Part shown: positions 1-12,337 of the stretch, piece by piece
Layout: each line of letters starts with the position of its first letter
Numbering within the stretch: position 1 is the stretch's first letter
DNA from: Octopus sinensis
Taxonomy: Eukaryota
Reading direction: 5' to 3'
Assembly: GCF_006345805.1 (NCBI RefSeq)
Contig: NC_043013.1
Span: 47,368,001 to 47,432,000 of the forward strand
DNA: 64,000 nucleotides
Translations under genes and position numbers: made by a program
The notes under the pieces: model-generated
Told to the model about the DNA's origin: nothing
Database searches by the model: none
The model's input: only the letters and a program-made list of their open reading frames with translations

Positions 1-704
1 AATGTTTTTAAATTCGTTTTTTCATGCGATGACAACTTAATCCAACGGTTTTCTTAAGCATATTTTTCTTTTAATTCTACATTATAAGGGTTTTGTAATA
101 ATCACTCTGATGCATTGAACACTTGAAAATTCTAATTTTCTCGGTTTTATCTTTAAATGTCCATCCAGCATCTTGTTATTTAAGAATTAGTTGTCGGTAA
201 TTATTCAATAAAAGTTGGTCATAACATAATGTTTTCTTAGCATCTATTCCACTTATATATAGTTATTTTATGAGAATTCCATCCTTATTTGCATGTCCGA
301 CTATGTAATCTACTAATTATTTCGCAAGCATCAAAACGGAAAGATCTTTGAATATATTTTATTATATCACTCTAATATATAAGACTACCGTACAATTTGT
401 ACATAGTATTTATTACTGTAATTACAACTATGTCCACATTATGACATTCAGACGGCAAACTAGGGCAGTCCTATTAAAGCGACACCATTCCAAACAGCAA
501 CTTAATCAATTTTTTTTCTTTACAAATTAATTAATTTTCTTAATGCGTTACTTATTTCATTGGATCTAAGATTTCAGTGCTTAATGTGATTGAATCAAAT
601 TACTTTCCATATCAGAGGTTTCAGCGTTCAAATCCCACCACAAGTGATGTTATTTTCATGCTTTTTATACTATTTTACTGCGATAATCCTCAATATAAGT
701 ACTT

Positions 705-1147
705 GGATCTTTTCGGTTTCAACGGCAGTTTTTAACATAATTTCTAGGTAACTAAACACTTTTAAACTTCGTATACTGGTAGAATGTGTTTATAAAACAT
801 CTTTTTCTCTTGGCTTTATTGAGAAAATTCTATAGTTTGTAAGATATTTGTTGTTTTTTTCTTCAATTTCTGCAATTTCAACCAATCAATGACGTTCATT
901 GAGGTAAAAAAACTTTCTGTGCCGTATGAATATGTCCCTCGTTTAAGAAACAGATTGGGTTTATTTACATTTGTGAACAAAAGACGATACCCTTCCCTCC
1001 ACCCCTAACCCTAACCCTAACTAACCCTAACTACCCTAACCCTAAAATAGATTGAAATGCAATAGATCGATACTAGGGTCATAATTATGGGTGACAATTT
1101 CATAAGACACCGCTAGAAAAAGCTGCCGTTCAAACCGAAAAGATGCC
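705..1147 (+). mobile_element. Merlin-like MITE carrying internal (CCCTAA)n-like repeats, copy 1
   Basis: Terminal inverted repeats GGATCTTTTCGGTTTCAACGGCAGTTTTT ... AAAAAGCTGCCGTTCAAACCGAAAAGATGCC. Same body recurs at 17857, 40777 and 55162, the last two with perfect 8-bp TSDs. GG-starting TIR plus 8-bp TSD fits the Merlin superfamily. Confidence 0.75.
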
Positions 1148-1171
1148 TTTAATAAATTTTGATTGGGGAAA

Positions 1172-1402
1172 GGCGGCGACCTGGCAGAAACGGTAAGACG
1201 ACCGGCGAAATACTTAGCAGTATTTTGCCTCCCGTTACGTTCTGAATACAAATTCCGCCGAGGTCGACTTTACCTTTCATCCTTTCAGGGTCGGTAAATA
1301 AAGTACCAGTTACGCACTGGGGTCGATGCAATCGACTTAATCCCTTTGTCTGTCCTTCTTTGTCCCCTCTATGTTTAGCCCCTTGTGGGCAATAAAGAAA
1401 TA
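1172..1402 (+). mobile_element. tRNA-derived SINE (family A: GGCGAGCTGGCAGAA head, TAAAGAAATA tail)
   Basis: A-box-like GGCGACCTGGCAGAA, degenerate B box, conserved GCCGAGGTCGACTTT..CCTTTCATCCTTTC body. Approximately 14-bp TSD TTTTGATTG(G/T)GGAA on both sides. Confidence 0.85.
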
Positions 1403-1529
1403 AGTTTTGATTGTGGAATATCAAGCACTAGCCTAGTTGACTTACCTTAGAAAATATATAAGTAACTTAGCACCACTGAAGTCATCAGATCCAGCAGGAA
1501 TTTTTAAAAGATTCACTAGAAGATTTTGA

Positions 1530-1716
1530 TTCTGAGATCCGTGCTTGAACCGTGAAAATACTTAACAGCTTTACGTGAGTCATTACGTCTTGAGTTCAAA
1601 TACGGCCGAGGTCGGCTTTGCCTTTCAACCTTTCGATGTCGATAAAATAAGTTGAGGAGGGCGGTCGATGTAATACTTCTCTCTCTCTCTCGAACTTGCT
1701 GGCCTTCTGCCAAAAT
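1530..1716 (+). mobile_element. Degenerate family-A-related SINE
   Basis: GAGTTCAAATACGGCCGAGGTCGGCTTTGCCTTTCAACCTTTCG core followed by the CTGGCCTTCTGCCAAAATTT tail variant. Confidence 0.65.
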
Positions 1717-1811
1717 TTAAGACGAATATTACTTACTCAGTAACTAACATTAGAAAAACTTATATATATTTGCAAAGAAGCCTTCACTTTCATCGCGACA
1801 TGGTGGTTACC

Positions 1812-1852
1812 GCTCGTTGACGAGGGACAACAATCCCGAAACTAGTTCGAGC
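1812..1852 (+). ncRNA. Minimal type I hammerhead ribozyme fold with a C3U change
   Basis: GCTCG-TTGACGA-GGGA caacaa TCCC-GAAA-CTAG-T-T-CGAGC. Stem I 5 bp, stem II 4 bp, palindromic ACTAGT stem III, GUU triplet (predicted cut after 1847). Confidence 0.7.
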
Positions 1853-2689
1853 ATATCACTCAGGCTTGCGAGGAAGGGATGGCCTCCCTTTGCAAATACT
1901 CCAAGAACACAGATATTGTGTCTAAAGCCAGCTAGAGACGAAGATCTCTTGGGGCTATAAAGCTACAGTAACACCCCCTCCCCAATGTGGTTAGCCATGA
2001 TAAGATGGCTTCTATACTTTACATTAACATTTTTAACTATTCGGGAATGTATTGTATGGTAAAGGGTGTAGAGAATTGGCGCGTTTTGTGATGCTCTTGT
2101 CACTATATTTTCGATACAGAGAAATCTAGGCTTCAACGAGGACATCTAATAACACCGAAACACATCAGGAACTTACCCACTGAACTTACTTGAATAATTA
2201 TTTCATGTTCACTACGCTAAATACGTTGACATCGAACTTACTTGTTGTTGTTATGTAGATGGTGACCCTGAGTATTGGCTGAGAATAAACATATTTTCGT
2301 AATTAGTCACAACAACACAACAGATTGTAGTTGTTGTTGCTGGTGGTGGTGGTGGTGGTGGTGCTGCTGCTGTAGTTGTACATCAGTTATGATGATCATG
2401 AAAATGACAAAGAAGTAAAAGAAAGAAAAAAAATAAACAAGAACAACCACAACAACAATAAAAATTTCAATTGAAATAGTCACGACTACTGAATCCAAAG
2501 AGTATTAACTGCAGTATCAGTGGTGATTACTACCATCGCAGGTAGTACTAACACCCACACACACTTCACACACATCACACACACACACACACACACACAT
2601 TAACACACATATATTCAAACCACACCACAAACACACACCACACGCACGAACATATTCGGTGATTCAAGAATCACTTTAGCAATTTTGAA

Positions 2690-2748
2690 TATATATATAT
2701 ATGTATATGTGTGTGTGTGAGCATAGATAGATAGGTGTATGTATGTAT

Positions 2749-2830
<82 letters not shown>
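2690..2830. repeat. (TA)n/(TG)n microsatellite
   Basis: Direct reading of the dinucleotide tract. Confidence 0.95.
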
Positions 2831-2836
<6 letters not shown>

Positions 2837-3229
2837 AACGGCAGTTTGTCTGTCTGTGTGTCTGTGTGGCTGTCAGGTTGTACCCTCACCCTGACCACGG
2901 CTTTCAACCGATTCTGATGAAACTTGACACACACATAACCCAATGTCATAATTCAAAACTAACGCAGGGAAAATTTTGAAAAGTTCCCCCAGTTCTGAAT
3001 AAAATCGATAAATTCGACATGGGGTCAGAATCTAAGCTTTTTATATGCAACACATTTTCTGTCGGGAGTTAGCTAGGAACATCGTATACATAGAAGTATT
3101 CGAGTGAAGAGAAGACATTGCAGCCTACACATTCGCCTTCGTTCCCTAGAGGGAAAGAACTAGATTGGAATTAGTCGTTGCCTACTAGGGGCTCTTACAT
3201 ACCCGGGCAACGCCGGGCTATGCTGCTAG
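2826..3229 (+). mobile_element. Non-autonomous Helitron-like element
   Basis: 5' TATATAAA followed by a (TGTC)n-like stretch. 3' GC hairpin CCCGGGCAACGCCGGG about 11 nt before terminal CTAG followed by T. No TSD; embedded in (TA)n. The 3' terminus nearly matches the elements at 61320-62377. Confidence 0.75.
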
Positions 3230-3344
3230 TATATATATATATATATATATAATATATATATATATAATATATATATAATATATATATGTATGTATGTATG
3301 TGTATATATGTATATATATATATATATATATACATACATTACTT

Positions 3345-3840
3345 TATATAATTAGGGTTCATCAAAAAAAATTGCTTTACCACATACCGAACTTTTAGAA
3401 ATAGCAGCCAAAAAATGTAGCTATTTCTTCCACTATAAGAAGAGTCTCCCAGACAACGTATACTCCGGTATCATCCGCACAGCTCGAAGTAAGGTGAATA
3501 AAATCAAAATAAGCAACAAGGATATCCAGGGGTAATGCTGTACGACCGTTTCAAGCGAATCCATTTAATTGAACAGTGCAATCATTACATCAATTTAAAT
3601 GCAGTGCTATCTTTAGCTGCACAAAATATAGAATTTTTTAACAAGTACTACACATTAATATAATTTTTCTTAAATATTTTAACAGAGTAAGAATATGGAA
3701 GAAATTGATGTTGTCGCTATTGTAGCAGAGTGGCTAAGAATAGACCACAGTTTCTTAGAATCGCATGGAGCATAGTGGGGTCATAGGGTTGTAAGGGTTA
3801 TAATTCATTAGTAATTTATTTATCTCTTTATCATCTACAT
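3345..3840 (-). mobile_element. Probable Penelope-type terminal fragment with a decayed hammerhead (3536-3621)
   Basis: Minus strand TGCAG-CTAAAGA-TAGC...GCTT-GAAAC-GGTC-GTA-CAGCA, i.e. hammerhead layout with a G5A change. Bounded by (TA)n on both sides. Confidence 0.45.
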
Positions 3841-4789
3841 ATATATATATATGAGATGCCTCAATCAGTTCTAATTGCCAATGTGCCGTATCTTTCAATT
3901 CTTAAAGGTAAGTCTGATATGTCCATTCATATTAACAGTCTATATAATTAGTCAACATATATTTCACACGAACACGTTTCGTATTCTTAAAGCACAACTC
4001 ACAAACATTATTTTAATTCTGTTTTATTCGATAATTTATTTACTTTTAATTGCATAATTTCCCTGTTTCACTAAAATTATCTAATAAAATTGCTTTTTGA
4101 TTGATTGTTATTTAAAGAATTGTTTGAAAAATAATTGCATTTCTCTTCCGATCAAAAAAAGTTCTCTCAGGAGAAGACATTCAAAAGAAACATTTTAAAC
4201 TTTAATAAATTTGATGTTAATATTTGGGCAAATATACTCGTATATTTCTTTGATAATTTTCCGTAATGTTTCATTTGTTTTACTTCATTACATCTGTGGC
4301 CACGTTCGAGTGTTGTCCTCAGCTTCAGCGTCCTTAGTTTTGTTTTCAATTTAATACGTTCAAATTTCGATAACTACGTTTCATTTGTTTTCCCAATCGT
4401 CTACTTTAGATATATTACATTTCTCTGCGTCGGTTTATTCTTATATTAAATACTCATAAATTATTCGATATAAGCTAAGGGCCAGTCGAATTGAGTGTTT
4501 GACTAATTATCAAGGAAAACTAACTTAATACTAACTTTAATTCGAATTTTAATGCCTTTTATGTCGCTAGTGTTCCATTAGGTGCAAATCTACCGACTCT
4601 CTTTCCACCTGCATCAACAGCCTTTCATCTCCAATACCATATATCACACACGAAATACATCACCATCGTGTTATAATTTAAGGTAAACCCGCTGATATAG
4701 TCTCATTGTTGTTATTTCACCCATGTACGTAGATCATCTTTTTACACAGCATTTTTATTTGTTGGTGTGTCTTCTTTGTCGAATAGGAG

Positions 4790-5580
4790 TTCGCCTCCCA
4801 GCAAGCTGAGGGTGCTGGGCTCTGTAAAATGTGTACCAACGGCATACAAGGGTGTTCATTCTGTATTACTTTAGCAGATGTATAGCTTTATTGTTCGTAG
4901 ACAGAGTGGGGTCGGTAAAACGTCTGACGATATGACAATCTCCCCTGTTCCAAGGCAGCGAGCTGGCAGAAACGTTAGCAGGCCGGGCGAAATGCTCAGC
5001 AGTATTTCGTCTGTCGCTACGTTCTGAGTTCAAATTCCGCCGAGGTCGACTTTGCCTTTCATCCTTTCGGGGTCGATTAAATAAGTACCAGTTACACACT
5101 GGGGTCGATATAATCAACTTAAACGGTTTGTCTGTCCTTGTTTGTCTCTTCTGTGTTTAGCCCCTTGTGGGTAGTAAAGAAATAGGCAGGCCCTTCAACT
5201 GGGATTCCACATTCTGTAATACCTTCTTGATGTGTTCAGCTACCAGTCCAGGCTCCGCAGCTCATTATGCTGAGCAAAGCAAGCTGTCAAAGTATCAGTC
5301 GCTTTCTGACAGGTTTATGGTCAAATTTGTGACAAGGGAGACCGTTGGTGTTCTCGGTTCCCGCGCTATATCCCTGCTCACTGATATCAGAGCGGAGATA
5401 GCTATCTGGAAGTGCGAACCCCGTGCGTCGGAGTGTCTGTTGGAACGCGTCTCCTTCGCCATCCTTTCGGGGCAACGCGTTTCCCATTTTGCCTGCTGGG
5501 ACCATAAGACCGTCTGAGTTACAGGAAATCGAGACAATGTAAGAACTTCGTAGTTTACTACACGAGCAATAATAAACTTA
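4790..5580 (+). mobile_element. 3' remnant of a CRE-like non-LTR retrotransposon (restriction-like endonuclease domain), interrupted by a SINE
   Basis: Reads VGKTSDDMTISP / GRPFNWDSTFCNT..SATSPGSAAHYAEQSKLSKYQSLSDRFMV..ETVGVLG..LLERVSFAI. This matches the (K)RPDG..WD.T..AA..AE..K..KY..L...ET.G..G..QR.S.AI pattern of CRE-clade RLE domains. The reading joins across the SINE at 4954-5184. Confidence 0.75.
4954..5184 (+). mobile_element. Family A SINE
   Basis: Complete head (GGCAGCGAGCTGGCAGAAACGTTAGC, B box GAGTTCAAATTCC) through tail GTAAAGAAATA. AGGCAG duplicated at the junctions. Confidence 0.9.
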
Positions 5581-5674
5581 TACTTCTGTGTTACTAAACT
5601 GATATTCTTATACTGAAACATACAAAACCTTGAAGTGTTCACCTGACCTGCTGGAAATAGCAGCAAAATCTCCG

Positions 5675-5955
5675 TAAATAATAATACCTTCTGCAAAATA
5701 GAAGGACACATTGTGTAATGGATACTTGAGTAGATGATGCTTTAGAAGAAAAGATCCTCTCTATGATTGGTCGACCTGTAAAAAATAGCAGTCAAATCTT
5801 CTTCGGACCACATCTAAATAATAATACCTACTGCAAAATAGACGGACACATTGTGTAATGGATACTTGAGTAGCAGAGGCTTTAGAAGAAAAGATCCTCT
5901 CTATGATTGGTCGACCTACAAAAAATAGCAGTTAAATCTTCTTCGGACCACATCT
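5675..5955. repeat. Two-copy 140-bp tandem duplication within an unclassified interspersed repeat
   Basis: TAAATAATAATACC..CTGCAAAATAGA.GGACACATTGTGTAATGG...CTTCGGACCACATCT starts at 5675 and again at 5815. Confidence 0.9.
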
Positions 5956-6430
5956 AGTGCGTTAAAAGAAGGAAGGATTTATTAAATGATGTAGTCTTAG
6001 ATGTAATAAGTCTGGATCGCCATGGCTAAAAAGGTTTTTATTCACACCTTTTACTGGTTTAGAAATAAACTGGAGCTAAACATCGACCATAGGAATGAAG
6101 ACAACCCACAAAGTTTTCTGTCTTGTCACAAAGAATAATTTATTGTTTAGCTGTTTCCAGTATTTCATCATGATGTGATGAGACCCCACAAAACAAGAAG
6201 CAGCATCATGAGAACCCAGATTAGCAATTCAGTTTCATTTCTAATAGTATTTAGGAAGACATGAATGCTATAAAAACAACTAACGAAAAACGAGTGAAAA
6301 AAAAAGTGGGGGGGCGGAACTGAAATATAGTAGTAGTATTAGAGTGCAAGTAAAATACAGAACTGGAGGAAAAAATAGAGAGAGAGAGAAGAGGAAATAT
6401 TTGTGTGGTGGTGGTGGTGTGGTGGTGGTG

Positions 6431-6462
<32 letters not shown>

Positions 6463-7104
6463 ACGCGCAAAGAAAATTAATGGAAAGTTGCATGAATGAA
6501 TGAGATATTAGGCAGACCAAGGCCGAAAGAGTAAAAAGTATAGGAGAGGAAGGGGATGAGAGGAGTGTGGAGATAGATAAAGATTGACAATGACAGAGAA
6601 AAAAAAGAAATAGTGATAGAGGAGAAAAAAGAAGAGAAGTAATTAACAGACTGGTAGTGGGAGAGGGAAGAAGGAAGGGGAGGAGGAGAGAGAGAATCTG
6701 AATCCACTGGAATAGAGAAAGAGATAGAAAACAAAATAAGAGGGTGAAGAGAGGGAGAGAAAGTTGGGGTAAGGAGAGAAAAAGAATGACTTATGCAGAG
6801 AGCAAAAGGGGGAGAAAGGCTCAGATTGCTTTAAAGGATTAACATTTAATAGCCTATTCATGAAAATATGTACGGCCAGACACAACGTTTGTCTCTTCTT
6901 AGACTCCCTACCACCCATCACCTACCCACTCAAAGTTTCCCTTCGCCCGTTCACAACCACCAGACGACACCCTATTAAGGAGAAGAACACAAAATATAAA
7001 ACGCAGACCCGACACCACCACTTTTATCCCTCAATATAACTCTTTCAAACTCATACGCTTTTCTTATTTTTCTTCTTTTTCTTATCTCTCTCTCTCTTTC
7101 TCAC

Positions 7105-7165
7105 TCATTCACTCTCTGTCTATCTGTCTATCTATCTATCTATTTATTTATCTATGTATCTATCC

Positions 7166-7244
<79 letters not shown>

Positions 7245-7285
7245 CATCCATCCATCCATCCATCCATCCATCCATCCATCCATCC

Positions 7286-7350
<65 letters not shown>
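7105..7350. repeat. (TATC)n/(TCCA)n tetranucleotide array
   Basis: Direct reading. Confidence 0.95.
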
Positions 7351-7351
<1 letters not shown>

Positions 7352-7979
7352 GTCTATCTGTTTAGCACACTGCAGTGCTGCACCTTCTTATTGCACTATA
7401 CTTTGCCACACAATAGCCTATTAAACGAACATACACGAAAAAAAAATCACACCCCGCCAACCCCTTTTCTCTTCCCCCACTCCTTCACTTTTTTTTTCGA
7501 TTTCAATCCCTCCGCCCCCCTTTTATTACCGCACTCGCAGGAAATCTCACTTGGCCACCATCCGCCATTACAAGAACTAAACTATACCTTAAGTGTACCT
7601 CACCGCAACACTGCAGTACACTACAATTACACCACCAGTGCTTCTACACAACACTACTACACACACAACCTTACACTAGCACACCAATCTACAGAGCCCC
7701 AGACCCATAACACAATTTCAACCCTTCCACTCATTCGTACATCCGTAAACAGCAAACCACTGCACACGTGACCGACTACACTAAACTATTTCTTTACAGG
7801 ACACTATAACCATGCGATGTACCATATCAGTATACATTGTCTTATGCCATTGACACCACTCAACACTGCAACACATACTACAATAAACACACACACACCA
7901 CTTCACTACAGCCACTAATTACTACACCACGCACACGCAGAGTTGCTCATCATTCCACTCAACTTCTGCACCACTTACC

Positions 7980-9008
7980 ACGACAATAACCACCCTCTAT
8001 CACATCAACACCACCACCACCACCACCACCAGTCTCTGATGCACAACACCACATTCACAAATACCTCACCACTCTTTACCACCACCACGACCATATACAC
8101 CGCCACAACTACCACCACCAAAACAACACCACAACCACCACCATAGTCACCACTATAGCCATCAACACCATCACCAACACAATAACCACCACCACAGTCA
8201 TCAACACCAACACCACCACCACCATCACCATCACTACAACCACCACCACGTCACCACCTCAGCCACCACTACAGACACCAACACCATCACCAACACCACA
8301 ACCACCACTACAGCCACCAGCACCAACACCACAACCACCACCACAGTCACCAGCACCAACACCACCGTCACCATCATCATCACTACCACCACCACCACCA
8401 CCACAGCCACCACTACAGCCACCAACACTATAACCACCACTACCTCCACCACTTCCACCACGAGAACCATCAACACTACCACAACCATTGCCACCTCCAC
8501 GACTATCACCATCACCACCACCACAACCACCACCACAACCACCACCACAACCACCACCACCAACACATCATATTACTACCTCTCGCCAAACCTACACAAC
8601 ACCACACCACACCACACCACAGCAGGGCCTATTAAAAGAAGGCAGCTGAGAATCAAGTCCGTCACCTAACGATTAGGTGCCGTGAAAGGCTGATGGTTAT
8701 TTTTGCCTTTTGTTGTGGCTTCCATTGTTACGGATATCTTTTTTTTTTCCTTTTTCATCGGAGAGAAAAAAAAAAGAGAAGAAAAAAAAATACTGTTTGT
8801 TGCGGCATCTTTATTGTGGAATCCATCAGGGCTAATATGTCACCTTAATCAGTGTCACCTTGTCACCTCGTCACCCCCCACCATCACCATCACCATCACG
8901 ACCTCGACCACCACCGCCACCACCACCACCACCATCACCACTAATACCACCGCCATTGGTATTTTTATCTCTCGTATTTGCAACCGCTAGGGAAGAAAAA
9001 AAAAGGAT

Positions 9009-9039
<31 letters not shown>

Positions 9040-9270
9040 GCAACAACAACAACAACAGCAACAACAACAACTATGCCTCATCAGAATTACTATTATCGCA
9101 ACCATAAAACATTCGTCACTACAACAGCAATTAACATCAACATCAATACCACCGCTTCCGCCATCATTGCATCATCATCACTCCCGCCGCCGCCGCCTCC
9201 TCCAGCACCACCCCCTCCAGCACCAGCACCATCGTCTTCTTCGTAGAACCCTGAACTAATAAGAGCCAAG

Positions 9271-9315
<45 letters not shown>

Positions 9316-9500
9316 GTTACTACTACCGTTCGTACTGCTGTTTTAGTCGCCACTGTTTCAAGCCAGAAACAATTACCACAATCAGAACTGCCGTCACTTG
9401 AGTTACACTAATTACTGTCATAACCAGCACCGCTACTACAACAGCAACGACAACAACAACAACAACATCTACTACTACTACTGCAGCTCTCAACAACACT
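7980..9500. repeat. Compound trinucleotide low-complexity region: (CAC)n, (CAT)n, (CAA)n, (TAC)n
   Basis: Direct reading. Source of the poly-V, poly-T and poly-P ORFs. Confidence 0.9.
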
Positions 9501-10164
9501 GCTATCTGCCACCATCGATTGTATATTTTAAGTGAAAGCTGATATGCTAGAAAGAGCAACAAAACCCCCTCTGGTCCATCATACTAAAAAAAAAAAAAAC
9601 GTAGGATATAACGGGCGATTTATCCGTATACAGCTTTTCATAAACACGATTCTATGGTTCTAGTTGGAACGCCTTTGTTCATAGTTCTGGCCCGGCGCTA
9701 AACAGCAACAATAACCAATCTACCATGACAACAGTTGCTATTGTTGTTCTTATCAATATTCTTCCAACATCTGCACCACAAACAATAAGCCTGGATCATC
9801 ATTACAATATCCTTTCGCTTGTCTTATGAAACCTTTATTATTTGTTCTTTAATCTAATGTTATTCTCACTCCAACCGATCCTAATTTAACTCTACCTGAC
9901 TTGCTTTTTTCCCCCGCTATATCCTCTCTTAATCTATTTCATTTGCGTTGTCGAAGTCGTGAACGGTTTGAATATACCAAATTACAAGACAGTTTTATTG
10001 AACTCTGTCAGTGCTTCTTTGATTTAATAACGAGTGGGCCCACGCACCATTATCACTTTTGATGGTCGTTTTGTTGGATATGTCTTTGAAATTAACTATT
10101 GTTTAAATATTTGTGAAATTAAGCTAAATTAAGCTTTTAGTGAAAGCTGATATAGTAAAAAGAG

Positions 10165-10620
10165 TAACAATAAGGCTGCCTTATGGTCTCAGCAAATACA
10201 ATGGAAAAGGCGTTGCCCCGGAGGATGGCAAGAGAAATGCACTGGAACAGCCACTCTGACGCACGGGGCGCACTTATGGATAGCTATGAGCAGAGATATG
10301 GTCCGGGACCAAGAACGCCGGAGGCCTCCACTGCCACAGGTTCAACCATAAACCTGTCAGAGAGAGGGAGAGATTGATGCTTTGTCAGTTTGACTTTCTC
10401 GACCTAACAAAAGGCGGAGTAGCTGAACACACCAAGTTACCGCTGGAGAAGGTGTTACGGCATGTGGCATCCAAGATGAGGGGCCTACTGCCAGGAAACG
10501 CGAAAACTGTCAAACCGTCAGGCCTTTTACTGCCCCTCACAGTTTAGCCCCACTGACTAAAGGGATGCCTGCGGCGTCTAGACCATGTTTTATGATTTCG
10601 TTAAGGGTGGCAGGGCATGG
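10165..10620 (-). mobile_element. Second 3' remnant of the CRE-like RLE retrotransposon
   Basis: Minus strand reads RPDGLTVFAFPGSRPLILDATCRNTF ... DRFMVEPVAVEASGVLGP. Its 3' nucleotides (GCCATCCTCCGGGGCAACGCC...GACCATAAG) align with 5457-5510. Confidence 0.75.
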
Positions 10621-11242
10621 AAGGAGGCGTATTTATCGGTTAAAATTTTCTTTGACCCCATAGTAAAATAATATTGTCCTCGATAGATGCCTAATTGACT
10701 TTCCTGTTCGACCTCGTAAAAGAAGGTGCGATGGAGCCCACTCAATTCCTGACATTGGATAGGCTTATTTTCCGTTTGTCACTCTACCATAACCATGGCC
10801 AGAGAAAGTAGGTGGAAAACTAGAACAATGTGACAGGTAACTGATAGATGAAGCCATCAGTGCTTGCGAGAATTCGGGTATGTTTGTATGATAATTCATC
10901 GATTTAAGATAATGGAAAATGTTTCTGTAATTTGGATAATTTCGACATTTGTATTGAAGCCATTATACTTTTGTCATTGAGCGCTTAGTGTCATTTCTCT
11001 TAACAGTGACGATGATACAATTTTCACTTCTTTCTGAAATCATACCTGCAACAAATTTGATTGTTTTAACCTTGAAATATTTCGTATTAATAAAACATAA
11101 ACATATATTAATATATGCATAGGTATAATCTTTATCTACATACAGGTAGAATGAAGCAATTTTTTTAGGTATGTTTCTTCACAATCTCCCACATGACAAA
11201 AAAAAACCAATGTCTCCAGGTCCGTAACTACACGTAGTTACG

Positions 11243-11277
<35 letters not shown>

Positions 11278-11987
11278 CTCTTTCTTTCTCCCTCTCCCTC
11301 TTCCCTCAATGGCTACCATTTCAGCTTCCGCAATGCTAGGTTCACTGGATACCTACTCCTTTATATTATCTGTGAAATCTTGTCCTAAAGAACCTCGGTG
11401 AAGGGAATATCATTGCTTAAGACATAAGGAAAGCTTTCAACTGTCACTCGCATGCATACCTCATATCATCTGTTCTCAGGAATGTTTTCCCGTTTCATAT
11501 CTTATATGCTGGTGTTGACCTGCAGCAGTTTAACTGGAACAGTAACCGCGTTGATCTCACCAGTCTTGGAGGACCAGCAAGGTTCATAACAATTTTCCTT
11601 ACCTTGAACTCAGCGACTAAAATAAAAATGTACCTGTCCACCGTCTTACTTACCTACCTATCTATCTATCTATATTTCTAACAAACCTTCTATGGCTACC
11701 AAACAAAAATGTTACTTTCTATGCCTAAGGAATTTTCTACTGAGCGAGTTGTCCTTAAAGATTCTACATACTATTAAAAACCATTTTCGTTTTGTGTTGG
11801 ACTCTGTTTAATCATCAGAGGTGTCTCATTATGTGCATTCACGCTCAATCACTTTCATAAGAAAGATTCATTACAACAGGATATAGTGTAGTTGTCGAAA
11901 TGACATTAATCTGAAGATAGTTTAGAGAGATAGATTAAAGGAGAGAGATATTAAAGTGGAGATATTTGGAAAAGAGATGGCCTAGAG

Positions 11988-12160
11988 CAGTGCTCAGCAA
12001 CCGGTATGCTGCCGCAAAATGGTATGCCACGAGAACGCAGTGTAACCTGAATATAATTTTTTTCCTATAATTTGGGTTACATTTTTAGTTCAGGTGTGCC
12101 GCCGAATTTTGAAAAGAATATAAAAGTGTACTGCAAGTGTAAAAAGGTTGCGGAACACTG
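11988..12160. mobile_element. hAT (Charlie-like) MITE
   Basis: TIRs CAGTGCTCAGCAACC / GGTTGCGGAACACTG with internal TGCCGC motifs. Left flank GCCTAGAG resembles the hAT target consensus, but no matching right TSD. Confidence 0.6.
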
Positions 12161-12204
12161 ATGGGAGATGGTAAATCAATATTATATTGCCGAATAACCG
12201 AGTA

Positions 12205-12337
12205 AAATACCTTGCGACCTGGCTTCAAATTCCGCCGAGGTCGATAAAATAAGTACCAGCTGAGCACTGAGGTTGAAGTATCGACTTACCCACTCCCTAA
12301 AATTACTGGCCTTGTGCCAAAATTAGAAACCGATATT
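12205..12337 (+). mobile_element. Family-A-related SINE fragment
   Basis: TTCAAATTCCGCCGAGGTCGATAAAATAAGTACCAG plus CTGGCCTTGTGCCAAAATTAGAAACC tail. Confidence 0.7.

Noticed and set aside
1003-1044. (CCCTAA)n run as a telomere or chromosome-fusion scar
   Set aside because: It is internal to a TIR element present four times in the window.
2124-2168. CAACGAGG...CCGAAAC as a hammerhead
   Set aside because: Core too degenerate and no NUH site with a closing stem I.
9531-10170. Approximately 32-bp direct repeats (AGTGAAAGCTGATAT..AGAG.AACAA) as element boundaries
   Set aside because: They look like two decayed pieces of the common repeat also seen near 5650, and nothing coherent lies between them.
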